From NCBI GenBank assembly GCA_028023455.1, contig JAQFVV010000003.1:18104001-18168000 (forward strand): DNA of 64,000 nt, read 5' to 3'. The stretch's first letter is position 1. Each line of letters begins with the position of its first letter. Below the pieces are notes generated by a model. That model was not told the DNA's origin, searched no databases, and was given only the letters and a program-made list of their open reading frames with translations. Origin of the DNA: Epiperipatus broadwayi. Taxonomy: Eukaryota > Animalia > Onychophora. The translations under genes and the position numbers were made by a program. This document shows, in pieces, positions 13,240 through 27,060 of this stretch.

Positions 13240-15874
13240 TGTACCGGTCGAAAATGTATGTCCATCCAACAAGATTTAGAATCTAAGCAAAAATACCCCG
13301 AATCCAATCATGCGCGAGATACACAGGTCAGGAGCAATCATGAATTCTAACCTATTTGCCCATTCCCCAAATCTATAACATTATGAACAACACCTACGGT
13401 GATACCACATAACTTCATTACATCCCGGCCCGGTGCTACGTTTTACATGAGACTCAACTGGTGATGATGATGAGAGATTGAGTGAACCCAAGATATTAAG
13501 TTACGAATATACATAAATATAAATATCAATAATGAGATTCGAACAACTGGATTAAGTTTAAAATATAAATATTTATTTAAACATAATTGATGATGAGTTA
13601 GATATATATAAGTGACTCGACACTTATAAAACTGTTTTGATTATACACCTTAAAGAATATTATTAAGATTATATTGACAAATATTAAGTTAGTGCGGCGG
13701 TTACAAGAGACGGATTTGTCGGAGTGGTTTGGTGGCCGTTTTATACATAAACATACATTTATAAAGATATAATCGAGTTTCGCTAATTAAAAGATTTTAA
13801 TACATAAGTTTATTGTTTTTATTTAAGATATTTCATTTATAATAATTACAATGCGGATACATTTTTGATCGGCAGTATAAAACATTATTTTATATTTTCA
13901 GCATTTAACGATGAGATATAGCGAAAACTCAATATTTGCGGGAAAAGTTTATTTCAGTAAAGAGGGAGGGCAGCTTCGCGATAAGTTGGGCTTAAACACC
14001 AACAAATAGAAAGAGAAAAACAGAACATTTTATTATTGCATATTATTACGATTTTACTTTGCTAAACAGGCTGAAACTAACTGTAAGAAATGGCAGTGCT
14101 AGCATAATATCATCGAGAGGAAATGGCACATTTGGCCAGGATAAGGTCATTCTCCAATTTCTTATAACGATGGCACATGCCAGCTTTCTGCAGAGACGGT
14201 ACAGGAAGAAGGTTGGTAGGAAGATACTATAGGCCGGACCACGGCAAACTATACATTGCTTCATCTACTCTAACCTGGACGATCTAGAAGTAAACGTAGA
14301 CTTCTTTATGATGAGGATACAAACGATGAAGCTTTGAATCCCTGGAGTGAGGTACAGGCGATTCAAAGCAGTATATAATATATATACTTGGAGGAGAGAA
14401 TGACTAGCGAAATGATCGTGATTCCCTGGAGTGAGGTACAGGTGAATTAGATCGAAGCCGTATACGGCTTATAAATAATTGGATATATGCTAGCAACGCT
14501 ATCATAATAATATAAAATTAATACATTTAACTATTAAAGAAAAGCCTTAAATGGTTTAACAAATACGTAATAACATACGAGTATAATGACCTACGTAATA
14601 TAAAGTCATTGATTATAAATTAACTAGTATTAATAAAGCTTGCATTGCTCCCCACTTCCTGAATCAATATTTTAATATAGTAATTAAAAAAACTCAAGGA
14701 TGCAAATTACAAAATAAAGTTAAGTCGCCAGTCTTTGTGGCGATAATGATCAATAAGAAATTTATAACACTAACGGACACCAATAGCCACCCCGGCTTGC
14801 AAAATATTTATACGTTTCGTATAAATTTACGACAAAACATTTGGATAAAAATATTCATTTAAAATATAACCCAAACTTACGAAGTATTTAAAATAATTAA
14901 TAAGAACTCTTTTTAATTCCCCACCCCTTCCCTGTTTAATAGAAGTTTGTAATATTAAGTTTTTTAGTGGCATTTATAAACAAAGAAAGAAAATATTAAA
15001 AAAAACATAAACTTAAATCGTAACCGCACTAACTAATAAAAATAATAATAAGCGTGAGTTGGATGAAATAATAATTAGGCAGCAAAGAATTGATATAAAT
15101 GGTTAACAAAGCTTTAAGAAAACATTAAATATAACGAAATTATTAGCTTACAAATTAAATTACATAGTTAAAAGTGGATAAGGCAGTTATACAGTCTTTT
15201 GGCTAGTTACCTCAGGATTCTTTGGAAGCACTGGCGAATCTGCTGCGGCAGGCGGCATTCTTTGGGGCTACACTGCGGCAAGGCTCGGCTGAAGACGGCG
15301 GATGACAATTTGGTTCTCCCAAATTTCAAATGGACGCGAAAGTCACCTAGCAACGACTGACCCAACTCTAACATAATAGATTTTTAGCTTTATTTATATC
15401 AGTTTTTGGCCCCTTAGAGAAAACTTATTTTAAAATAGATTTCTTTACTCTATTGTTAGTAAAGATTCAGTTTTAAGATAACTGTCTAAAATCAATTCAA
15501 ATCAATTTCCTGCTTGGAAATGGATTTGAATAAAACAATATTAATAGCTAACTAAAATACATTAGCTTTGTTTTAGCTTTTACTTTTTTAATTTTAATTT
15601 ACAATTTCCTGGTTTAAAATCATAAGACAAACTCCCCACCCCTTTAATTATTTCAGATAGTTATCTTGAATTTACATTTTATTTTATGAAAACGAAAATT
15701 ATAATGTATTAAAATATAAAAATACAATTTTTAAATAAATACAAAATTACCTAATATTTTTGATTACGTATATACGCTACTATATATACATTTTACAAGA
15801 AAAAAAAGACATGATGGCACGTGGACAGTGGTAAAAGCGTGAAACTCAACCTAGAACTAAGGTCGACTGTTTCA
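13240..15874. mobile_element. Long non-coding TG...CA element B (solo-LTR-like, or non-autonomous DDE element)
   Basis: Starts TGTACCGGTCGA and ends GTCGACTGTTTCA; the imperfect terminal inverted repeat matches at 9 of 12 positions. A 4-bp TSD CCAT lies at 13236-13239 and 15875-15878. Internal direct repeat CCCTGGAGTGAGGTACAGG at 14340 and 14424. Confidence 0.7.
15204..15400 (-). promoter_or_regulatory. Putative Pol II promoter and first exon within element B
   Basis: On the minus strand: TATAAATA at ~15391-15398, Inr-like TCAGTC at 15355-15360, a CpG-rich tract, then donor GAG|GTAACT at 15210. TATA-to-Inr spacing of ~38 bp is longer than the canonical ~30 bp. Confidence 0.35.
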
Positions 15875-16599
15875 CCATATAAGTCTGTAAATCTCATTTA
15901 TCAAATAGCATTTGTTTTTCTTAATAATCACATTTTTATTTTTTAATATCATTACTTCTTCAATTGTTTTTATGTGCATTTAAATATTCTTTATGTGTGG
16001 ACAATATTTTTGATTAGTAACTTTTAGATTGGTCAGATCCGAAACATTTGAGAATTGATAATAGAAAAATACCTCTCGAAATGTTGTTCTCTTCACTAAA
16101 CTATGTTTGAATTTTTCTAAAATCTATTGTTTTAATTAGATGATGGAAATATTATAAAAATATAATTCCAAGTAAAAATACAACTTTTTGACAAACAATA
16201 AAAATTAAGAATGATAAGTACCTTAATACTATAAAAGAGGCATAATCATTTTTTGATCTTACCACTAAAGATTTTTTTTTTTTTGACACAGAAAATAAAA
16301 TAAGGATTACAAAAACAATATAGCAACCCTATTAAGTAGCACTTCATGTACATGGTGATGATATTTTAAGCACATAGAGGAATGCTTCAGATGATGCTTC
16401 AATCCTTCTTATTTGTATATGAATAGCAATATCCAGTTTGATAAAGTTAAGATGGCTTTTAATAATCTTAAAAAGCCTACAGGTCTTGTGAAGATAGTGG
16501 AGAAAATTTTAAATAAGATGCACCCAATAAAAAAAAAATATCTCTAAAGAAAAATGTTAAAACAAAAAATACTGAATTCTGGATTGTATCATATCTTAG

Positions 16600-16890
16600 G
16601 AGCAAATTCTCTCTAGAGATGTTATTCTTATATTTTAGGTCATGTAAAAAATTGTATGCTTTTCAGATGCGAATTTGGAGAAGAATGTGAGATATAAGTT
16701 GGAATGATTTAAAATTGTAGAAGTGTTTCTCATAGTGAATGAAAAAAAAAAAATGACTGAGGAAGTTAAAGAGAAATATAAAAAATAAAGAAATTGATAT
16801 AGAAATGTTTGGAGAAGACTGAATACGAAGGATAACTATAAGAGAGAGGAGGAAACTGAGTTTCTGAAGAATAAAATAAGAGATGACAAA
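16600..16890 (+). mobile_element. Degenerate RTE-like LINE remnant
   Basis: Purine-rich tract translating to KKLYAFQMRIWRRM*DISWNDLK, resembling the RTE motif KKLxAFEMWxxRRMLxISW. Confidence 0.45.
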
Positions 16891-17907
16891 GTTAAAAAAA
16901 GGTGATTGCTTCTAATTTTTTGTTTTTCATTCAAATAATGGTTATAGATAATGATATTTATCCTCACTACATGTCATAATTAAGAAGTTAAATATCATCA
17001 GTTGCAATGCAGTTTTCTTTAACACATAGTCAAAGATTCCTGATTATTTGGATTTTACTCAGGAAGGAATAATTTTTAGATAAAGAAAACCATCCAAAAC
17101 TCTTTATACTTATATTAAACAAACTGCTAAGCCGTTTGGCAATAGGTTTTGATGCTGTATAATGCACAAAAAGCAAGCTGATCATATGATACTTAGTTTG
17201 AAAAGCTGTTGTTTATATATCATTTTTATTATATCCTGTTTCTTAGGATGGAATTATAATATATGTATCATTATGCTAAGATTTTATCATTGTGAAAAAT
17301 ATTGTTTATATAAAGATTGTCTTAGTCAATTTATGCAATATGTGTGTAAAATCAAACATTAAAAGTTGACCATCATCCATTGGGGATTTCTACTGTGTTT
17401 TGTCTCTTTTAAAATAGTTTATTTAATTTTTGATATTCTGTCTCTGTAATATGTATACTTAGAGCATAAATGAAAACAAAAGGTTGAAATTTGAAGAAAT
17501 TTTTTTAAGTCTCTTAGCTAATGTCTTTGTGTTTATTAATACTTGGACAATTTTTGCCTTGACTTTGGTTAAATTATGATTGTATAGCAATTTTTGAAAG
17601 AAACCATCAGGCAATGCCAAAAAATATTGCAAAGAAAGCTCTGCAGTCTAATATTACAGAGAAGTAGCAAAGCACCATTAAAAAACTACTTACATCTTAT
17701 TTTTTTACTTTTTAGTTATACTCATATATTATTTTAAAAACTGGTTAAAACTACAAAAAATTTACAAAAATTATAATTTAATATTAAGACATGAAAATAA
17801 AAACTATGCCATGTAAGAAGCAAATTCTAAATTTAAATATCATATGATCATCTACTATATGAAAAATATTTATGTATTGGCTTTTTAATTAATTTAATTA
17901 AGTAAAT

Positions 17908-18175
17908 AAATCAATATTAACAAAATTTTATTCAGCAAATATAATGTTTCTGTCAGATATATATATTTTTATTTTAATTAATTTGACAATGAAATCAGTA
18001 TTAATAAAATTTTATTCTACAAGCAATATTTCAGTTGGCTCATTTGTTACTGAGTTTTTTAGGGAAGTGTAAGTATGTGGGTTCAAGTTCTAAATGGGAA
18101 TAGATTTTTTTTCATTGTTAATTCAAAAATGTGGACAGAAACATAGACAGAGCAAGTTAATATAAAAACATTTAA
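17908..18175 (+). repeat. Dispersed repeat with a degenerate tRNA-like core, copy 2
   Basis: Homologous to 12635-12905. A-box-like TGGCTCATTTG and B-box-like GGGTTCAAGT. Confidence 0.55.
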
Positions 18176-21100
18176 TAAATAGCACATATTCTCCCTATAT
18201 ATACAAAGAGTCTAGTATTGCAACTATAGCATATCTATTTCCATGCCTTTAACATGAATTCAGTCCAATTTGAATAAACTTGGAAAATATTTTCAGGGGC
18301 AGTTTTTTTTCTTTTAACACTATTATGCCACCTAATGTAAGTTTTAGTAATCAATTAGATGCCAGATGGTAATGCTTAATAAAGTCCTATGTAATGCTGT
18401 CCTATTCCATATCCCTAATCTAGTTTTTTCAGAATTATTCACTGATATCTCCCATTTATTGATTATTAAAGCTCTTATACTAGATGGCATAATAATGGTG
18501 AGGGAAAAATAATTTGCTGCTGAATAAATTTCAACAAATTTTGGATTTTCTTTCAAATAGTTGTTTCATAACCAATCTAGATAACCATTCAATGTTCTTT
18601 AGTAAATGGGTATATACTTAGAGCATAAAACAAGAGTAAAATCAAATATTCATTTTTTTATATTTGGTAATTTTGGTAAGTATTGCCATCCTCTTTAGAA
18701 CATCACACAATCTCCTACAAGGAATTGTTGGAGAGATCTTTTTGCTCTCCTTTTTACATATGTGCAATAATTAGTTATTGTGAAATAGAACCTATTTCAA
18801 CATTTTGATTTTTTGATTTTCCTAGTGATCATAGCCTAAAGAAATCTTTGCATAATGGAAAGAAAGGTAAAGCAGCTTTATGAACCAGGAGAAGGAATTG
18901 CATTTTCACATGTTAAAAAGACAATACAATCTTAAATAACCCAGTAACTCTTCTTCAACATTCTTTCACAGAAGAATGGTGTGAAAGAACCAACTCACCA
19001 GACTCGCTAATAACTGATTAGTGAAAAAATTATTGCAAGTTTTTGTTCTCTTTGTTATTTCTTCTGACTAAGAATTATTAGACAGATTCTTATTTGTCAA
19101 TCAATAATTGGATTATAAGCATGTGCTGGAAAAATCTTAGATTTCTTGAAAATCTTTCACTACTTGAAAAAACATTTAGTTTTACATGCACAAATTCTGC
19201 TTAAATTGGAGCTTCAAATTACCAGCATATGTGCTAAACATATAATCATGGATTCTTAGATTTCAGTCATCATTAGCAGTGTTCAGAAATATATATGGCT
19301 ATCCTAGTTCCAAAAATCATAGAAAGAGAACAAAAAGTTAGGATGACTATATAAATTAATTCATGAAATACAAATATTTGCATGACAGATTAGTTTCTTA
19401 TTTGACCTTTTGCAATGCTGATTTTTAATTTTATTTGCAATAAGCTTTTCTTTGCTGAAAGATTTCAATTCCTAATTTAATTATTACTTATGGACATCTT
19501 ATCTATTTGTTGATGTGAATATAACATGATCCAATTTATTTTATGTGGACATTGGTTGTTTTTTTTTCAAAATAAATTAACACAATGAATAGATAGTAGG
19601 GCACGAATGAAATATATTATTCATTGGCCAGGCAGAAACAGATGATGATGTTATTTACTTATCTATTTTTAAAATCATTTGTAAATCTATGAAAAAATTT
19701 GTATTATTTCATTTTAATATGAAAATTTTTAAATTTATTGCTGAAGAAATATATGTTTAAAAATAAATACAAGATATACAATATATAAAGTATATATTTT
19801 ATTCATAGGCAATTTTACTAAAGATTTTAAAATTTTTCTTAAAACTGTAAATTGTTAGTATTCTTTTCTGAAGTTGAAGTAATTTATAGCTTTGCTTTCC
19901 CAGGAGAATAAGATAAAATTTGAAACGATTTAGAAAACATTTTAAGTGAGTTAAAACTAAGAAAAGTCCTTATTAAGTCTTTGGTTGTTAAGATACTTTA
20001 TTTGAAAATCAGAATTGCCTTTCTAATTATTTCAAGTGCATTTGATTTGATTATAGAATTTTGACTGTGGGTGAAGGTAGTGGTTGCTACTATTTCTGTA
20101 TATATTTTTTGTTTTATTAGGTCTCCCTTTCCCCAATAGACTTACTAATCCACAGATTAAATAATAGGAATTTGTTAATTCAAATTCATATTTTTTTTTG
20201 CATTTGTCTGTCTGTATGAGCATCCTTGTGGATCTTCTCTTACTCATTTTATCCTTATCATTGATTTTGCACTTAGCATTACCCTCAGTCACCTCTCTGT
20301 CCTTCAGTTTATTACTGTACTGCATTATTTTACTTTTTGCCAATTATTTTTGTTGATATCTTGATTCGTACATTTTAACTGTGGGTATATGTATGTTAAA
20401 TATATAAATTATATTAGGTTTTCTAATATCCACTGTATAAATATCCAAGGAAAGTTTTTGAGCAAATGCAATGGAAACTAGGAAACTGCTATATTTTAAT
20501 TTGTAATCTTGTTTTTCTTCTCCTTTTTTTATCAATTTCAAATTCATAATATAAATTTATTTGATCTTTTTTTTTTTTTTGGTAATATTAATTAAAAATT
20601 AATATTCTTTAAAACTGTCATAAATAACATCAGTACATACTGCACCATCTGCAAAGGAAATTTGAATGGATGTTTAAATAAATCCTTATAGCAACAGTGA
20701 TTTCCATTGCCTTTTCTTTTTTTTCACCCTCTCATTTTAGTTAGTCTAGAATAGCAGATTTTGAAATCAAAATTAGATTTTACTGTCCTGGAAAAAAAAA
20801 CCACTTTAGTATTTAGATACATCTTAATTCAGTCTCTGATTATAAATGTGTTTATTTTTTCTGATTATTTCATATCACCTATCAGGAAAATATACCATTT
20901 ACATGATAATTTTTTATTAAGTGTATCAGTGTTATGAGATGGAGTGGAGAGTGGTGGGTCATGTGAAAGTCTGTGCTCATATACCCTATATATTACATAT
21001 ATAGATATGGATATATAATAAGCCTGTATTTCAGTTATTAATATTTAAAAGAAATTTTATGAGTTATAATAGTTCAGTAATTTTTAAAATCAATAATCTA

Positions 21101-21942
21101 TTGAAATGATGAAAAAAGTTTACGTATATGTCATCATATAATATTTTTCAAGTAATTTAATTTTTATATTTTTTTGATTCTTGCATTAGTCTAAAGTCTT
21201 CTTTATCTAGGCAAGCAGAATAAGTAAATTATTATCATAAACCTTTAAACTACAGTTCATATAATTTTCAGAATTTGGTAATCAAGATGGCAAAATACAA
21301 TGTAATAATTTTTATGATGAGTTGATTGAAAACATTTTGATCAAGTATTTATTGATTAATCACATTATCTTCATATTAAGAAATTCTTTGGAGGCATAAA
21401 CCTGCTTTTCAACAACTCATTTATTATATTTAGAATGGGGATGTATGATAATGCATTCTCTTTTTTTTTCTTTCCATACGTCAAAGCATCATTTTCATTT
21501 GGGAATGAAGTTTAGTTTTCAAAGCTCTGGAGGGATTTCAGACAATGATCAATGGATAGTCTCCCAAGTCAAGTGGAAACATTATGAGCTTGGAAGTACT
21601 AAAATTAGCAGTGCACAATGTGATACATAAATGATTCAAATTATATACTTACAACATTGAACTTGTACTTGTTTAAAAATTTTAAACTAAACATAGTATA
21701 TTGTTTCTTCTTACTGATAAATATATATAATCTACAGTGTTCATGCTGAAATAGTTTTGTAAGTTTTAGTATTATTTAATTATTCATCTAAAAGTATTTA
21801 AAACAAATTATTTCCTTACTGTCTTTTAATGTTTGCTTAGGATAAAAGTTCCTTATACCAAAACAAAATAATAAACTCCTTTAGTTTACATTTATTTACA
21901 CATAACAGTCCTAATAACAACTCTATATTTGATCGTTTAGAT

Positions 21943-22431
21943 CATGGTTCAGCAAACTTTTTAACAGGAAGAGCCACTTTGTTTAAATCTCCCTTGCCAT
22001 TACCCATTAAAGAGCAGCAAGGAAAGAGGTAAAAAATATGTTCCTGAAAAATATTAATTTCTGAATAGCTGTGGATATATTTGAACATTTATTTTAATAA
22101 CAGAACATAATAGAATCTGTATATACATTCTAATGAAAATAAAAATTCTCTTTATTTAAATAAATGAAAATAAAAAATTACTTTGACAGTTTGATTTATT
22201 CATAAATTTCTAATATTTAAATATTCAGCATATACAATAATTACTATTCTATAACAAAGCTGAATAGAAACAACAATGTTGTAATGCACATTTTTCCTCC
22301 CCTAGAATTATCCAAATATTTATTTACAAATTTATAAAAGGAAATAAAAAATGTGTTTATAATGATAAAGAACCATGAGATTGGGAGCAAAGAGCTACAT
22401 TTAGCTTGCGAAATGTAGTTTGCTGACCCTG
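21943..22431. mobile_element. hAT (Charlie/Buster-like) MITE
   Basis: TIRs CATGGTTCAGCAAACT / AGTTTGCTGACCCTG and a subterminal GAGCTACAT..GCTTGCGA motif. The TSD is eroded. Confidence 0.6.
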
Positions 22432-23231
22432 GGACTAAATCCTCAGACTAGATTCTATCTGTTGACTGTCTTCATATGACAGCATTCATTGCACTTTAGT
22501 CATCGTAGTTTTATTCCTGTTATGTTCTTCAAGTGAATACCCTGAATTTTCAAACATGTTTCAAAGTAGATATTTTCTCTCTCAGAATTATGGTGAATAT
22601 CCAGAAAACTATTCTGAGATTATTTTTAACATAATTTAATATTTTTTGCTTACGTAGACTAAATCTTACTAATAGAGTTTAATTACTGCTATTAAGTTGT
22701 CTATATGTACCTTTTAACTGAAGAACAATAAGTAATAAAAACTTCAAAATATATAAGAACACCTTTGTTTCAAGTATGTAAATTAGATCAAACTATGAAA
22801 TGGCAAGTCATTTATTTTAGAGAATTTGTAGAAAGTTCAGTAAAATAAAAACAAACAAAAAAAATAATCCATTGAAGAAATAAATCTGAAAGGTTTAAAA
22901 ATGTAACTTTCCTTATCAAGTATTTCACAGGGGATTTTCATTGATTATATCTTGTTTAATATGATTACATTTGAGGAATCCTATCATCATATATTAAACC
23001 TTTTTGCAGCTTTACAAACCAGAAGATCAAAAAGTAAACTTTTTGACACTGTGCAAACTTTCTTTGTTTAAATCACTAAAATATATGACCTTTATTTCTT
23101 ATACTTCACAATCTGTTAAAACATTTAGCAGTTCTCTATATACAGTAATGGCACTCAGTGCAAGCCATAGTAATAAATGAATGCTAGGTTTGTGTATCAA
23201 AATCCCTATCTAATGCCTACTTATCCAATAT

Positions 23232-23272
23232 TCTCAGATTAGTATCTGGCTTATGGCTCTCATCAGTGAGGA
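23232..23272 (-). ncRNA. Minimal type I hammerhead ribozyme, family 1 (degenerate)
   Basis: Reverse complement reads TCCTCA-CTGATGA-GAGCCATAAGCCA-GATAC-TAATC-TGAGA. The CUGAUGA core is intact; GAAA is mutated to GATA. Confidence 0.6.
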
Positions 23273-24110
23273 ATCTTGAATCTGAGAGCACTGCACCCAG
23301 ATATTTGGATTTAATGCAACCTTCAGCAGCCTTATTTTACCTTTTTTAGTTAATTAAAAGAGTATGAACCCAAATGAAAAGCCAATGTTTTCAATTCAAA
23401 CTAGTTCACTCATATAGTCATATAAATCTGAACCTAGTTTAGTATCTTTATTTTGGTGTCTCTGGTTTTTTAAAAACCATAGTCTTCAGCATTCTTTGGC
23501 CAAGATTAGTGCTAAACCATTAAAACATCACCACCATTTCTTATTCTTATACAGTTTGTCAAAACAGTAGCAATCCTTCATATTATAATGCCACCCAGTA
23601 CAAGCCATAGTAGTCACTGGATGCTAGAAGGTTTGTGCATCAAAATTCCTATCTAATTCCTAGTCATCCAATTTCCCCAGATTAGTTTCCTCACTAATAG
23701 TCTGGGGATATTGGCTGAATATGCATTAGATAGGAATTCAATGCACAAACCTAACATCCATTGATTACTATGGCTTACACTGGGTGGCACTATTGTAGGG
23801 AAAGGGTTGCTACCCTTTTAACAGATTATGTAAGCATAAGAAAATGATCATGATATGATGTTTTAATAGTTCAATATCAATCCTGACCAAAGAATATTGG
23901 TGAATATGGCTATTAAAAAAGTGGGGACATCAAAATCTATATATACTGAACTGGATTCAGATATGCATAATTATACAAACAAATTTGTTTAGATTGAAAA
24001 CATTTGTGTTTTTGGTTTGGGCTCATAGCTTAACTAAAAAGGTAAAAGGTGACTGCTGGAGGGGTTGCATTAGATCCAAAGATCTGAATGCTGTGCTCTC
24101 AGATTCAAGG

Positions 24111-24152
24111 CTCCTTACTGATGAAAACCATAAGTTAAAAACTAATCTGGGG
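24111..24152 (+). ncRNA. Minimal type I hammerhead ribozyme, family 1 (degenerate)
   Basis: CTCCTTA-CTGATGA-AAACCATAAGTTA-AAAAC-TAATC-TGGGGA. Stem I can pair; G12 of GAAA is replaced by A. Confidence 0.6.
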
Positions 24153-25137
24153 ATATTGGGTGAATAGGCACTAGATAGGGATTTTGATGCACAAATCTTT
24201 TATCATCCATTGGTAACTAGGGGTGTTACCATGGGTGTACTATCATATAGAGAGAATTGCTGCTATTCATTTTGTTTCTCATATATAGACTGCCTTTGTG
24301 ATTTAAAAATAAAGTGGTCATTTTAGATAGTATCATAATACATATGCATTGCAATGTGTTTTTATAATAATAGTTCATTAACAAATTAGTTATGCTATCT
24401 TGTGCAAAATAACATAACCTGAATAACATTATATAAGCTAGAGACATGTGATATCATTGGTATAATAGTTCATTATCACTATCTTTTAAATTTTTTAAAA
24501 ATGCTATATTTGTAACATAAATGTGAAATTAAGTTATTAAATGCAAACCAGAGTAAATATTGGCTGCTGTTTAAATATACAATGTAGTGTGTCACAATTA
24601 AACTAATATAAGCAGTTAGTAATGAACTAAAAACAAAGCAACATTTTAAAATATAAAAATTCAAAAAAAAAGCACAATGCAAATAAAAATTGAATGAATG
24701 CTAATTACACTACAAAACATTTTTTATTTCAATGAGGTAAGATGAAAACTGTCCCATTATTAAATGTTTCACCATGCTTCATGCAGCTGTGATTAGTTTA
24801 AAAAGTGAAAATGCTGAAAAATATTGTCAAATTTCTATTACCAGTTATTTAGAAATTTAATAAAAAATATATTCTTAGTTTTTTTTAAATGATCTACTTT
24901 TTAAACTTGATTCAAATTTGAAGATAAAAATTGTTAACATTTAATTATTTTGTTCTCAATTAAAAGAGGAAATAAATGCTAAAAGTAATTTTTGTGTTTG
25001 TTTTAAAATAAATATATATACCATGTATCTCTGTGAGAGGCTCTTAGAAACATTTTTGCTTTGTAGTGGTCTATTTAATGATTGATTTACCATATCTTTG
25101 AGATACAATGCTCATACATTGCTTAAGTCTTTTATAT

Positions 25138-26103
<966 letters not shown>

Positions 26104-26998
26104 AAATCTCTGCTGAGGTAAGAAGCAATCGCAGTTCCAACACGGATTACAGATCAAGAAGCGACACCTCTCTTCACATAAGAGGTCTAAAGCCACATTG
26201 TTTTGGCTGTGGACAGAGAGGACACCCTAGCAACTCAGTGCGATAACACAAAAAGCAATCACTGTGAACAAACTAAAATCCTCTCCCCAGAACAACCCAG
26301 TGATGAAAATAAAATTTATAATAACACTACATCCATTGGCAACCCAATAATAGAAACCGGAAAAAAACAGGTTCAAACACCCACAAACAAAAATAATAAT
26401 GGAGTTGAATTGCCTATCCCAAAGACCAACCAAAAAAATAATAACACAAAAACTAACACAGAAATCCAAGATTCAAACGAAAATAATTCTCAAGAAACCA
26501 CAACACAAAATACAGCAATTACATCACTGGATCAGCAGCTCAATAAAACAAAATGTGTACCAAGTAAAAATCAACAAACAGAAAGTAAACACACACAGTT
26601 ATATAATGAAAATATAAATCCAGATAATATAAAGATACCAATAATAAAAAAAAACTACAATTATAAACAAAACTGCATCAAACATAATGGATGCAATAGA
26701 AGCCCCTCTTCCACCTATTCAAGAGAATACACCAGAGGGAAAAAGAAAGCCAGGTAGACCATCAAAATATGAATCCAAAAAGGCAAAAAAAACAGACCAA
26801 AAGCACAACTCATCAGACATATACAATTTAGAAAATGATGAAATAGAAATGGATGTAAGCCAACAACAAATGGATACCTGTTCAGTTTCATCACAAATTG
26901 CCTGTATAGAGTCTGAAGCAATATTAAATGAAAGAAAAACTGATAATAAACCCAACAATGTCTTAAATATGTATCAGCATCCATCTACTGCAATATAA
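26104..26998 (+). pseudogene. LINE ORF1 C-terminal part (gag-like CCHC knuckle plus N/T/Q-rich region), frameshifted
   Basis: IRGLKPHCFGCGQRGH(+1 frameshift)LATQC forms CX2CX4HX4C at ~26179-26242. Continues in track ORFs 26203-26757 and 26687-26998. Confidence 0.75.
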
Positions 26999-27060
26999 AC
27001 AAAAATTTAGTATTTAAAATAAAATAAAAATCAATACCCTGTTAAAAAATTATTTAAAAC

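Larger units (their letters stand above)
23066..24270. mobile_element. ~1.2-kb divergent palindrome built from ~445-bp hammerhead-containing units (family 1)
   Basis: Minus-strand arm 23066-23690 and plus-strand arm 23700-24270. Unit period is 443 bp on the left (CAGATT at 23235 and 23678) and 445 bp on the right (TCTGGGGA at 23701 and 24146). Confidence 0.75.

Noticed and set aside
20032-20547. Adjacent minus-strand ORFs (103 and 67 aa) with a GTAAGT donor near 20137
   Set aside because: No recognisable domain, no good acceptor, and stops in the linking frames.
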